Virus record (IMG/VR): IMGVR_UViG_3300045988_144682
DNA: 64,000 nucleotides
Source: a virus
Direction: 5' to 3' (one strand)
Made by a program: the position numbers and the translations under genes. Below, piece by piece: positions 1 to 11,500 of this stretch (positions are counted from its first letter, which is position 1; every line of letters starts with the position of its first letter). The notes under the pieces are model-generated. The model searched no databases, was not told where the DNA came from, and was given only the letters and a program-made list of their open reading frames with translations.

Positions 1-145
1 TTACAGCATCAATGTTTTCATCTGTTATTATTCCAAGTTTAATAAGTTCATTGACAACAGAACTTTTTATTTTATCAGGAACATCATCTAAATTTTTTTC
101 TCCATTTTTAACAAGGTTAGTCCAAAAATTTGTTAATTGAATCAT
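1..145 (-). CDS. hypothetical protein, C-terminus cut by window edge
   Basis: ATG at 145-143 lies six nt after GGAGG (rc of 152-156). Frame stays open to position 1 (MIQLTNFWTNLVKNGEKNLDDVPDKIK...). Confidence 0.4.
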   Translation of the reverse strand, partial: MIQLTNFWTNLVKNGEKNLDDVPDKIKSSVVNELIKLGIITDENIDAV

Positions 146-155
146 ATAATCCCTC

Positions 156-428
156 CTATAATAAAGAACTCATTTCGATAATGCAGCGTTTCATTTTTTC
201 CATTTCTGTCATTTCCCGAATGATAAATCTTGTATGACCGTCTTCTTGCCAAATATTTGTACATATCATATCGGCATAGTCAACGCCACCTATATTAACT
301 GTTGTTAAATTGTTATCAGACAAAAGTTCCATATTAACCACATCGTCTGTTATATAATTGTTTCCATTCATTGTGGCGTGAATCTCTGTTTTGTCTGCGA
401 GGATAATATTGTAAATAGTATTTTCCAT
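156..428 (-). CDS. hypothetical 90-aa protein downstream of DGR RT
   Basis: ORF with GGAGG 8 nt upstream of ATG 428. Overlaps the RT 3' end by about 95 nt. No recognisable domain. Confidence 0.55.
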   Translation of the reverse strand: MENTIYNIILADKTEIHATMNGNNYITDDVVNMELLSDNNLTTVNIGGVDYADMICTNIWQEDGHTRFIIREMTEMEKMKRCIIEMSSLL

Positions 429-1656
429 CTATAAAACCTCCAAATAAATCAAAATAAAGAAGATTCAAATTATCTCGTTGTATTTTACTCATTAAATGAG
501 CATGACCGCCCATCCATGCACGAAACATATTCTCAACTTCTTCTTGTGTACGTTCTCCACGTATAACTTTTAGACTAAGTTTCTTTAATTTTCGCCTCAT
601 ATCAACAATTCTTCTTGGATTTATTTTTCTAATAACCCTACCAGTATCGGTAAGAGAATAGGTGATTTGCAGAAATTTATAGTAATCTGATAATTTTACG
701 ATTCTTGTCTTTTTGCGATTGAGAGTCATACCTAATTCTTTTGCTTTTTCTGCAATTTCTATTTCAAGCTGTACTAAAAATTCTCTGTCACGGTGGATAA
801 CATAACTGTCATCCATATACCTTCCATAAAATTTCTGACTTTTTACAATTTTTACAAAATTATCTACAGGTGTTGGATAAAAGATACCTATAATTTGAGA
901 ACATTGATCCCCAATATTTACAGATTTGCGCATATACTTTTCGCCAGTATGAGCAGATTTAGGAATTTTCAATCTATATTCAGTTGAATTAAATGGAACA
1001 TTCATACAATTTGAAAATTCTTCATCATTCATATACGAAACATCAATTTTAAAATTATCAAAAATCTGTTGTAACAACCAAAGAGAAAATTCATCATTCA
1101 CATGCTTGGCAATTTCTCGATAAGCTATATCATGTGGAATATTATCGTAAAACTTACTATAATCCATCAATAAAATATATCCGTCATTACCATACATTCG
1201 ATAATATTTATGTAAATGTTCTTCAAAGCGTTTTCGACTAAAATCAATGCCTTTGCCCTTAAGAGAAGCACCATTATCATAGATAAGATAATCTATGAGA
1301 GATGGAGATAAAACGTTATCACAAAGAGAATGACGAATTACTCTGTCAGACATTTGTAGTCCTGTAATTGGTCGAACTTTACCACGTTCATTGATAATAA
1401 ATTCAGAAGATGGTTTTGAATGATATTCTCTATTCTTTAACAAATCCTTGGTTGATACAATATTAGGCAAAAAGTCAATTCCATACTTTTGTACTTGTGG
1501 TTTCCAATCAGAATCTTTCTTGGCTGCGAGAAATGCAGAATATAATGAGTTCAAATCATATACAATATTATCTACATTGTCTTGAGCATTTTCTTTATTC
1601 ATTTCATAATCTTTTCTTTCATAATCATATTTATTTATATTTGACGTATATAGCAA
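334..1656 (-). CDS. DGR reverse transcriptase
   Basis: 440-aa ORF with RT motifs, including the DGR-type IGDQCSQ and YMDD. Lies immediately downstream of the template repeat. Start uncertain (TTG 1656 or ATG 1602). Confidence 0.9.
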   Translation of the reverse strand: MLYTSNINKYDYERKDYEMNKENAQDNVDNIVYDLNSLYSAFLAAKKDSDWKPQVQKYGIDFLPNIVSTKDLLKNREYHSKPSSEFIINERGKVRPITGLQMSDRVIRHSLCDNVLSPSLIDYLIYDNGASLKGKGIDFSRKRFEEHLHKYYRMYGNDGYILLMDYSKFYDNIPHDIAYREIAKHVNDEFSLWLLQQIFDNFKIDVSYMNDEEFSNCMNVPFNSTEYRLKIPKSAHTGEKYMRKSVNIGDQCSQIIGIFYPTPVDNFVKIVKSQKFYGRYMDDSYVIHRDREFLVQLEIEIAEKAKELGMTLNRKKTRIVKLSDYYKFLQITYSLTDTGRVIRKINPRRIVDMRRKLKKLSLKVIRGERTQEEVENMFRAWMGGHAHLMSKIQRDNLNLLYFDLFGGFIDGKYYLQYYPRRQNRDSRHNEWKQLYNRRCG

Positions 1657-1778
1657 TCAGTCGTAACGAATTGCATCGTCTTTATCTTTTTGCGTATTAT
1701 ATAACACACGCAAGGACAACTTCTCCTTTCTTCGTTTCCTGTATCTGCATATAGCATAGTTAAACAGGCAGAAGAAAT

Positions 1779-1891
1779 CGGGCGAACACCATTAGAATTA
1801 GAGGCGTTGTTGTTGTTCGCATTACCGTTGTTGTTCACATTAGCGAAGTTAGTCGCACTCCTCACACCACGAAGCCAATAGTTGAAGCGAC
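1779..1891 (-). repeat. DGR template repeat (TR)
   Basis: 113 bp matching 2671-2783 at 99/113 positions. All 14 mismatches are at T on the plus strand, i.e. A on the coding strand. Rich in AAC (Asn) codons. Confidence 0.9.
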
Positions 1892-1935
1892 AAAACAGTA
1901 CATAAACATGTAGAAGTAGCCCTAATAAAACAGAA

Positions 1936-2565
1936 TTATGAGGTTGATAAATCAGGTGTTATGATAGTCACCCATAATTCTTTTAACAAATTATAAGATT
2001 TACGCAACTTACTTTCAGTAAGCTGCCCAGTTAATTCTTTCTCAAGAATCTTCTTACGAACCTTATTATCAGATTTACGCCATCCTTTAATAAGTTGTTG
2101 TTCATGAACAATCATTTTTGTGATTGTCTCATATTTTTCTATATTTACATGAAGAGTAGTAATAACATACTGCAATTCCTGGATCAAATTTTCACAATAT
2201 CCAATTGCTAAATCTTGGTGAAGTCTACGTTCATCGCATTCACAAAGATGTTGCGGATATATTTCATTTGCAAGAAATATTTCATGAATCATATTTCTGC
2301 ACAAATTTAATATTGATTTTTGTTCATCTGGTATGAACCATTCAATGAACGCTTCATAGCGTTCCTTATTCTTTGCTACAGATTTATCATAACCATCCTT
2401 TTGTTGTTGACTCCATTTACTGTATGTTTCTGGTTTAGGCTTTTCAACGTATTCTTTTAATCCAAATTTACGAAGTGCTAAATCAGTTATTACAGTTCTA
2501 ATTTTATATGCATAATGTTCAACTTCAAAAGGAGAGGGCTTTTGATTAGCTTTTAGTACAGACAT
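1936..2565 (-). CDS. DGR accessory protein candidate (Avd-like by position)
   Basis: 209-aa helical ORF with an AAGGAG RBS, sitting between the target gene and TR as in canonical DGRs. Longer than typical Avd; homology not verifiable by eye. Confidence 0.5.
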   Translation of the reverse strand: MSVLKANQKPSPFEVEHYAYKIRTVITDLALRKFGLKEYVEKPKPETYSKWSQQQKDGYDKSVAKNKERYEAFIEWFIPDEQKSILNLCRNMIHEIFLANEIYPQHLCECDERRLHQDLAIGYCENLIQELQYVITTLHVNIEKYETITKMIVHEQQLIKGWRKSDNKVRKKILEKELTGQLTESKLRKSYNLLKELWVTIITPDLSTS

Positions 2566-2587
2566 TTTAATCTCCTTCGATTTGTAG

Positions 2588-2625
2588 CTGTAACACCACC
2601 CACCTAAAGGTGGATGGGATTACAG
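2588..2625 (-). promoter_or_regulatory. hairpin downstream of VR (possible DGR cruciform/homing enhancer)
   Basis: CTGTAA-CA-CCACCCACC-TAAA-GGTGGATGG-GA-TTACAG. About 15 bp of stem, 4-nt loop, no T tract. Starts 27 nt past the target stop. Confidence 0.45.
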
Positions 2626-2652
2626 ATATTGTTTTATATTTCCGTCAACATC

Positions 2653-3585
2653 TTAATTAACGAAGAAGAGCGGGCGAACACCAAAAGAATGAGAGGCGTA
2701 GCTGTCGTCCGCATCACCGTCGCTGTTCACATCAGCGAAGGCAGTCGCACTCCCCACACCACGAAGCCAATAGTTGAAGCGACGGTGAATGTATTCTGGT
2801 GCTAATGCAAACAATGGAAGCTGAGAGTTGATACATCCAACTTCATAGCCACTATCAGCCCATACTTTAGTTCCATATACCATTACTTCTGACATCAGTT
2901 CAACTTTGCAGTCATACCACGCCCAACCCGAAGATTGTCCGTCAGCAGTAGCATTCGGTAAAATATCTCTGTATGATATAACATGAGAAGATCCAAAATC
3001 ATTTACAATTTTCTGAGTAGCTTGTGCAAGGTTAGATGTTCTCATATCTGAGTTTGCATATGCACCAGTTGTATTATTTGCTGTGCTTCCAGATTCATAC
3101 TGTCCGCTATCTGTATTATGCATTTGTGCGTTATATAAAGCAGAATCAGGAACAAGGCACATATTATTACCAATTGACACATTATCACCACAGTTTTTAA
3201 TAATGTTAAAACCAGCAATTCGGTAAACAGTACCATTGATCGTCAGATAATCTCCAACATATAAATCATCAAAAGTTCCATCTTGAATAGCTTTTGACAT
3301 AGCTGAAGTATAAGAAGTCCCAAGATTCTTGCCTCTAAAAATAGAGTTGTGACCAGCAGCACTGTTTCTTACAGAACTTTTATAAAGTTCATTGACAGCC
3401 GTTGGTAACGTTTTTGTACCTTGATCGAGTCCATAAGTTTTTGAAGATAATTTGTTTAAAATTGTTGTTGCGAGATTCGCCAAAGTGATACCTTTAGTTC
3501 CGTTTGCGCCATCGACAGCAATGACATCAGAATCGGAAGGAGTGGTAACACTAGAAAGATCTTTTATTCGAGTCGTATTTGCCAT
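2653..3585 (-). CDS. DGR target: tail fibre / receptor-binding protein with C-terminal variable region
   Basis: 310-aa ORF with GGAGG RBS and a phage-fibre-like N-terminus. The last 38 codons (YWLRGVGSATAFADVNSDGDADDSYASHSFGVRPLFFVN) are the VR copy of TR. Confidence 0.85.
   Translation of the reverse strand: MANTTRIKDLSSVTTPSDSDVIAVDGANGTKGITLANLATTILNKLSSKTYGLDQGTKTLPTAVNELYKSSVRNSAAGHNSIFRGKNLGTSYTSAMSKAIQDGTFDDLYVGDYLTINGTVYRIAGFNIIKNCGDNVSIGNNMCLVPDSALYNAQMHNTDSGQYESGSTANNTTGAYANSDMRTSNLAQATQKIVNDFGSSHVISYRDILPNATADGQSSGWAWYDCKVELMSEVMVYGTKVWADSGYEVGCINSQLPLFALAPEYIHRRFNYWLRGVGSATAFADVNSDGDADDSYASHSFGVRPLFFVN
2671..2783 (-). repeat. DGR variable repeat (VR)
   Basis: Counterpart of TR 1779-1891 with 14 adenine-specific substitutions. 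Ends 16 nt before the stop codon. Confidence 0.9.
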
Positions 3586-3603
3586 AGTATATTTCCTCCA
3601 TTT

Positions 3604-5520
3604 TTATATACCAAGTATCTTTTCGATATTTTTTAAGCGTTCATCATACGCTTGCAATTTCATCTCATCGTAAAGCAATCTGACAATTAAAAAATGAGTA
3701 TACTCAATACAGTAATACTCATCTTCATCATCAGGATTAAGTTTTCTTGTATCTAACATAAGTAACTTATCGGCTACTCCATGTTTTTGAAATGATCGTT
3801 GTAGATCTTGTGCCAAAATACCGACATAAAGTACCTCATGGTCATAATCTGGTGCAGACATTCTAAATTGTTTGAACGGCACTTCTCCTACTGCGTCTAT
3901 GATATTTTGTACAATTGGTTCAATATCACGTTTCATTCTTCTATCTGAAAGTGAACCACTCCATGTTCCATCAAGAAATCCCTTTCCATTTTCTGCTTTG
4001 ATATGTATACCATCAGAATTTGCGTAGATACGCCCACGTTTTCCTTGAGTTCCATTATTATTATAGTACCAATCAGACCATCCATATCCACCGGGTGTAT
4101 TTTCATTCATTAGATTTACACCTTTAAAAATACGCATCAGCATAGCACAATCAAAACCAGAGCGATTAGCGGTTTTTCCAAACGCAATACCATCACCACC
4201 AGCTTTATAATCCATAGTTGCGAAGCCGTTTGATAATGTCATTGTGGCTGTGGCTTCACGACCTGCTTTATCTCGAATGACAATTCTGATATCGTATGCT
4301 TCAGTGTCCGAAACAGCGATAACACGAATATCATTAAGAGATAAGGAACTTGTACTGATATCTAGGTTTGTCCAAGCGGATTGCCCTGCAATTCTGTATT
4401 GTAGGACAGGAGTGAGCGTGTTGCCGGATATACTGCTTACAGAACCTTTGGCAACGATTTTAGCATGATCTCCAGTATCGTCTGATACGAAATTACTGGT
4501 AGTTGTTCCAGTACCACGAGATGCTGTGATAGAAGCGGATGGGAGACTATAATCAACTACCGTAACATCTAATGCAACAAATGCAGAACGACCTCTACTA
4601 TCGGTAGCAGATACTTTGACAACTTTTGTTCCTGTCTTTGTAAACGCATCGAATGTATATTCCGTTCCGCTTGATGCTGTTTTATCTGACATATCAGTAA
4701 CGGATATCTTCAGTGTTTTTATGGATGACCCGTACACACCAGAAGCAGTAGGTTTTACCTTAACTCCAGAAAGCAACTTCGCATAACATCCAAACGTATT
4801 ATTCGTATTGGAAAGCGATGCAATATTGCATGTAGGAACTACGGATGCCGGGAGATAAGCAGTAACTGACACAGTTTTCGTACCAATCTTTGTGCTTCCA
4901 TTCATCGTATCAACAGTGAATGTTAATGTTCCGCTTGTCGCATTCGGTATCTGACCAGCATATTTTGCTATCGTAAATCCATTCCATACGACATTATCCA
5001 CACAAGAGTTCGTTACTACTTCTGACTTATTTCCGAATGTAGCTGTTACCTTATGTGTAAAGTTCGCTTTCTTGTTCATATGTATGGTTATTTGATCGCC
5101 AATGTTTACCGAAGATACGCTTGAAGGCCAGTTGTTTACAGAGGGCTGCGATGCTCTTGGTATGGTGTCAAGAGACCAGCTACCACTTCCGTTTCCAGTA
5201 CCATCTGCGTAATAGTAAATAGCACTAGAAATACTTGCTGAAAAAGATTGCGTACCATTACTGTTATGACTAACAGTAACAGATCCACTACACAGCTTTC
5301 CTTTATATTGTTTCCATCGACCAGTGTTGTTATAAACTATGTTCCCGGCAACAACTACCTTACATGGTCCAGTCATATACCATCCAGCACTACCTCCTAT
5401 AGCTTCGACAGTATAAGAGATTGTAGATGTATTTGCGCCAACATTTTGTGAAGCAGTCCAGCTGAATTTCCAGCATCTTCCTTCGTATCCACTGGTCGTA
5501 AAACTTCCGCTTAAAGCCAT
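3604..5520 (-). CDS. tail fibre with C-terminal S74 intramolecular-chaperone (autoproteolytic) domain
   Basis: 638-aa ORF with GGAGG RBS. C-terminus carries LSDRRMKRDIEPI...ILAQDLQ, typical of the peptidase S74 chaperone. N-terminus resembles siphovirus DUF859-type tail proteins. Confidence 0.8.
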   Translation of the reverse strand: MALSGSFTTSGYEGRCWKFSWTASQNVGANTSTISYTVEAIGGSAGWYMTGPCKVVVAGNIVYNNTGRWKQYKGKLCSGSVTVSHNSNGTQSFSASISSAIYYYADGTGNGSGSWSLDTIPRASQPSVNNWPSSVSSVNIGDQITIHMNKKANFTHKVTATFGNKSEVVTNSCVDNVVWNGFTIAKYAGQIPNATSGTLTFTVDTMNGSTKIGTKTVSVTAYLPASVVPTCNIASLSNTNNTFGCYAKLLSGVKVKPTASGVYGSSIKTLKISVTDMSDKTASSGTEYTFDAFTKTGTKVVKVSATDSRGRSAFVALDVTVVDYSLPSASITASRGTGTTTSNFVSDDTGDHAKIVAKGSVSSISGNTLTPVLQYRIAGQSAWTNLDISTSSLSLNDIRVIAVSDTEAYDIRIVIRDKAGREATATMTLSNGFATMDYKAGGDGIAFGKTANRSGFDCAMLMRIFKGVNLMNENTPGGYGWSDWYYNNNGTQGKRGRIYANSDGIHIKAENGKGFLDGTWSGSLSDRRMKRDIEPIVQNIIDAVGEVPFKQFRMSAPDYDHEVLYVGILAQDLQRSFQKHGVADKLLMLDTRKLNPDDEDEYYCIEYTHFLIVRLLYDEMKLQAYDERLKNIEKILGI

Positions 5521-5541
5521 ACAATACCACCTCCTTTATGG

Positions 5542-8500
5542 CTAAGAATTTATTGCCCCCCCCAAGTACCTAAATGACAGGTTGCCATTTGAACGTGGGA
5601 TAAAAGCAAATTTTCCAAGTTGCAATCTATCTAAGATTTCAGCATCCGTTACATACAGCTTATTGTTACTGAAATAAGCAACTTCATCTGTTCCTTGGTA
5701 GAAACTTAACTTTTGCTCGCTCAACAGCATTGATAACTGCATAGACGGATCTTGGCTAGAAATCTTTCTTGTAATACGCAGTCCGGCATCTTCCATAGAG
5801 AAACATTCAGTCGTTTGCTCTATACTTTCAACTCTTCCGTTTATGGCATCAACACGAACAATGTATGTATTGACATCAGTTTGTACCTTATCAACTTGTT
5901 GTTGTGTCGTGACATTACTTTTCCGGATTTCTTCTATACGCCCATCTTCGCCGACCAAATCATCAAAGTCTTTTCTATTTGAAACAACATCATTGATTAC
6001 ATCAGAGATAATCTTCTTCAATTCGTCAGACATATCACCAGTAATCTTATCTGCGTAATCTGTTAAATCCTCTGGAGCAGGGTAGTAGTCTGTAGGACGG
6101 TTTCCTTTTTCCAACTGGATATAATCAATTGCATAATAGTCATTACTGTTCATGTTATCTGTAATTCTAAGCACATTTGATGTCACCCCAACATTGCCAG
6201 TAGAAATCAACTGACCTGAAGATGTAACAAACATGTCACGATTGTCAGATACAATATCAAACTCTGTATCTTCTAAAGTCAGGACGGTGTAAACCTTGTT
6301 CCATCCAGATGTAAGCTGTATCTGTTGCATATCAGTTGTCTGCATTACACCATTCGTATTTGCAAGGCAAACATTGAGTGTCATATTTTGACGAGAATAT
6401 ACATTCATTGATACCGTCAGTTTCGTTCCAAGTTCCGTAGCAACCAAATTGTCCGTATATACTTCGTAGTACACAGCCTTGGCAGCATTTGAGCCAGTTC
6501 CAGGCTGTACCTTGATTACACGCTTTGCATCAATTTCAGCTTCAGAAATAGAATATACTTTGTCAGTTCCATAATAATGACAACCTTCAAGCTGGTTCGA
6601 TTTCTTCAACAGGTTTCTTGCTCCGATAAGCATGTTTGAACTATCAACTAAGATAGGAACTGTCTGAATATCAAGTAGATTATCTTCAGTTGGAATTTGA
6701 TTAGCTTTGTGCATTTCTATAGTGTAAAAAGCTGGCATGTTAGCCTCACCATAAATAGTAAATATTTGTTCGGAAATATTATTTGATGAACTTATAATTT
6801 CTTCTGTACGATTATCACTATAAGTTTTTGATATAATAAAACGGCATGGGTAAACAACTCGATCACCATCCCCATCTCTATAATATCCTTTTGCTTTTAT
6901 CGTATCTGGTGTGATAATATTATTTCCGTCAATTTTTACAGCACTTGTATCAAGTTCTAAGAAATAAGTTCTTCCGGCATCACCAACATCACCTTGTTTT
7001 GCATTAGTATATGAGACAGTAGAGTTGCCATCTGAATATTGAACGGTTGTTCTTGTCCAAAGGTACATGCCATCTACTAAATCAGGGATTTCATCTGACC
7101 ATTTATTCGTTACGAATAAATTAGAAGAATTATCAATCAATGATTTTCCATCATTTGTAACAAGCTCAACTGATTCTGGAGGAACAGAAGAATTTTCTGT
7201 TGTGGTGATATATTCTACTTTAGTAGAAGTGATAGTAACATCATCACCCTTGATTTTTGACCAAGTGTAATCTGTGGGATTTTTACTATCTGTCTCAATA
7301 TTGTCAGTATATTGTCCGATATATTTTTTATTTGTTCCATTAACTGTATCAAAACCAGTTTTACCGTCAGAGGAATCGGCATAAGCTATATGAATATATC
7401 CGTTTTCACCAGGAACGCCATTTTCACCTACATATTTAGACCACTTATATTCGCTTGATTTTGTTGGTGCGATTGAAGTGGTAGTTGATGCTATACCAAC
7501 ATATTTTGTCGTTGATGATGGAGTTGCAGTCATTCCAGTACCATTTGCATCAGTAGCATAACGTACCCAAAGGTAAGAAGATGTACCATCGAAATAATCT
7601 ACACCCTTAATAGGTGTCTTTCCGTCCGTTCCTTTAATTAAAGTCCACGTATATTTTGTCGAATCATCACTATCGGCTTCAATATTATCGGTATATTGAC
7701 CAATGTATTTTTTACCCATTCCAACTGTTTTACTAAATCCAGTTTTGCCATCGGCAGAGTCAGCATAAGCAATATGAACATATCCATTCTTTCCAGGAGT
7801 TCCGTTTTCGCCTACATATTTCGACCATTTATAATTGCTTATTGTAGTTGGCGCAGTGTTTGTTGTGGTAGTCGCAGTACCTATATATTTTGTATCTGCA
7901 CTTGGAGTCGTAGTCATACCACTTCCATCAGAATTAGCGGAGTAACGAATCCATAAATATGAAGATGTACCGTCAAAATAGTCAACACCTTTTACTGGTG
8001 TTTTACCATCATCACCCTTGATTTTTGACCAAGTGTAATCCTTATAATTTCCACTGTCTGCTTGTGTATTGTCGGAATATACTCCAATATAAATTGCACC
8101 AGTAAATTCGGATTTAGAGAATCCTTCCTTACCATCAGCACTCATGGCGTAAGCAAAATGGACATAACCATTTTTACCTGGAATACCATCTTCACCATCT
8201 TTACCAGCGAACTTAGACCATACATAAGAATTTGCAGAGTCAGGATCTTTTATTACATCGTTGACACAAATACCTATATAATCAGAAGGAATTTCTGAAA
8301 TTTGGTCATCTGTAGGATTTGGATAAGCAGAATATTTTATATGGACATAATTACTTGAACCATCTCTACCATCACGTCCATTGATACCGTCTTTACCGTC
8401 AGTTCCATCAATACCTTGTCTCGATACACTGTATGTGACGGTCGAATTTCCGTCTGAATAATTTACAGTAGTTCTCGTCCAAAGATAAGAACCTTCAATT

Positions 8501-11500
8501 ACATATGGAATAGAAGATAACCATTTATTCGTTGCAATTTCATTTCCATTACTATCAACAATATTTTTGCCATCACTGGTAGCAAGAGAATTTGCTTGCG
8601 GTGGTGTAATTCCGTTATCGCTAGGAATATATACAACTTCCGTAGAAGTAATATATATACTATCTCCGTCTTTACCATCATCGCCCTTAAATTTTGACCA
8701 TGCATATTTTTTATAATCTGTACTGTCTGCTTTGATATTGTCAGTATATACGCCTATATAGGTTGCACCTTCATACTCACAAACGTTAAAGTTTACACTT
8801 CCATCGGCAGATTGAGCATATGCGAAATGCACAAAAGAATCTTCACCATCTTTTCCATCTAAACCAGGTGTTCCATCAGCACCGTCCTTACCTGAAAAAC
8901 GACTCCAAGTATAAGAACTTGCAGTAATAGGATCGTTTAAATTTGTATCAACACAAATACCAATGTACGCAGCCGGAACTTCTGTCAACATATCATCAGT
9001 AGGATTTGCTACAGAACTATATTTAATATGAATATAAGTGCTAATACCATCCTTACCATCTTTTCCTGGAATACCTTGTATTCCTTGTCCACCAGTTGCA
9101 CCAGCTTTAAGTTTTGCAATACGCAGCTTTTTACTTATGGCAATTTTACCCATATAAATGAGATCAAATACTACTTCTCCACGGTCGGTAGACAGTCCCT
9201 TTAAGGTGTAGCGATATTTAGTTTTATCCCATTCACCAGTAACACCACTTGTTGCAGTGATTGTCCAAGATAAGTCTGATGACTTTGTGATATCAGTGCT
9301 TCCAGAAAATACAGTTACATTTGTATAGCAATCCGTAAAATTACCACCATTACCATTGGAATCAGTCGTAATGCCTATATATTCATTGTCAAGTTGAACC
9401 ACAAGAGCAGATGCTTCTTGCTTGATTGTTTTATCAATATAAGAGCCAAGATCATCACTGGTTGTCATCTGAATATGTTTGCCGTTAATTTTGATATTTC
9501 CATCATCATCGACATATACATATTTAGTGTAAGATCCATCTTCGTTCTTTCGTTGCAAAGTAAACAAATCTTTATTTGTATCGTTTGCGTCCGAAGTAAC
9601 AGTAAAACCATTTTCGTCAATTTTTACTGAACCAGAAGTGTTATAGATTCCAACTTTATTTCCGAGAATAATGTTACCGACAATTTTATGAGCGATAATT
9701 CCATAGTCCTCTTTGTATGTACCAGATTCAGGATCAAAGTAAATATACTTACCAAGTCCAGTTTGAACAGTCTTCCAACCATCGTTTGTATAGTAAAAGC
9801 CATGATTGATTATTTTTGTTTGCTCAGAACTGTAATCATCACCAAACTCATTTTTTTCACGCATGAGCAAACCAGTCTCATCCACAACCATATTTTGATT
9901 GTCTGCAGCATTTACAATTTTCTTGTTAGTAAGGTTTAATCCATTTTCAACCATATCCATGATTTGTTTGTTGGCATTATTACCCTTATTCGCTTGATGC
10001 TGCACCATTGAATATGATGTTGACATAGACTGAGCTTGTGATAAGATACTCTGGATATCAGAAGCAGAATTTAATCCATAGGTTACATCAGAAAATTCTA
10101 CATTCAAAGAATCAAGATTATCATAATCAATCTTATATGAAGTCAAACGCAATTTATAAATTGTTTCATCAATCTCTATACGAACCCAATTACCAACATC
10201 AAAATTTACTAAGAGTGGAGAAAATGTTGCATCACCTTTCACGAAATATAATTGATCGTGTGACACAATATTTACACCAGCCAAAGTAACAATTGGAACA
10301 GGAGATGATTCAACATCTTGTTCTTTTACGAGTAAAAAGTTACTCAAATTACAACTAATGGTGTGTTGCAAAGTAGCAGATTTTACAATTTCACGTTCCG
10401 CATTTTTGATAAATTCTTTGGCTTGCATAATAAGTTCTTTGTCTGACAATCCATCAGAAATGAAATTATCATTCTTATATGTGTCATCACGTCTAAATGA
10501 ACAAAACTCAGTCCAAAGTGAATTCCCAAGATAAGTATGCAAATCCAAATTATTCGCAATAACCTGACGCTGCTTTTCGATATAATCAAGAACACCTTCT
10601 GGATTACTTTTAGAACCACGCAATTTCAGAATTTCAGATTCACGTTCCCTCAACTCATCTTCAATCCATATGCTTTTACTGTAATATGGATAATACATTG
10701 ATTCATACATATCATTTTCTGGATCAGCAATACCTTGTTGAATTAGAATGTCTAAACAACCTCTTACAATACTTGCAAGAATATTCAAATTATCGACACT
10801 ATAAAAGGACAAAGCCTTTTTGAATTCAGCCTCGTCCTTTTTAAATAAAGCAACTGTTCCAGTAGCATCAACATCATTTTTTTTCATTGCTTTTTCAAGC
10901 TGACATTTAATAAAATCCGATGTAGCATCTGATACATATATTGTTATAATTGATGTGGTTGCCTTATCATTCTCATCTGCATAACTTGATAGAGTGATAG
11001 TTCCTTTCCAAACATTCCCACTGTATGAATCATTTGTTGCTGTAATTCTATACAATGATGTGTCTACAAAAACTTTCGCATAATTTTGTAGAGCCAAAGT
11101 AACCGTAGATACAGACGCTTTATTGGCATTTTGAATACCAAGAGGTGAAAGCGTATTGGTAGTCAATTTCTTGATTTCTTGTGCAGCCGTTGTTTTCGTC
11201 CCACGTTCTGAGACTGGTGCAAGAGTAGTTTTTAATAAACTGTAAAAATTTAAAGCAGAATAATATAAATCTGTTAAAGAAGAATACCCTACAATTGGAT
11301 ATTTCACATTCATTAAAGAACTATCGTACAACTTATATTTATTGATTAGTGTATTGTAATCACTAATAACAGTAGATGGAATATCAATTTTTTTATCTGA
11401 TGAATATGAAGCATATTCTTTTTCGTAAGTAGATAATTTGTCACGTAATGTTTTTGACATATCGGCACGAACAGAATCACTAAAATACCAAATATATTGA

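Noticed and set aside
1635-1865. 76-aa Asn-rich ORF (…NVNNNGNANNNNASNSNGVRP…)
   Set aside because: It is the in-frame translation of the DGR template repeat and its flank. It has no RBS and is not a gene.
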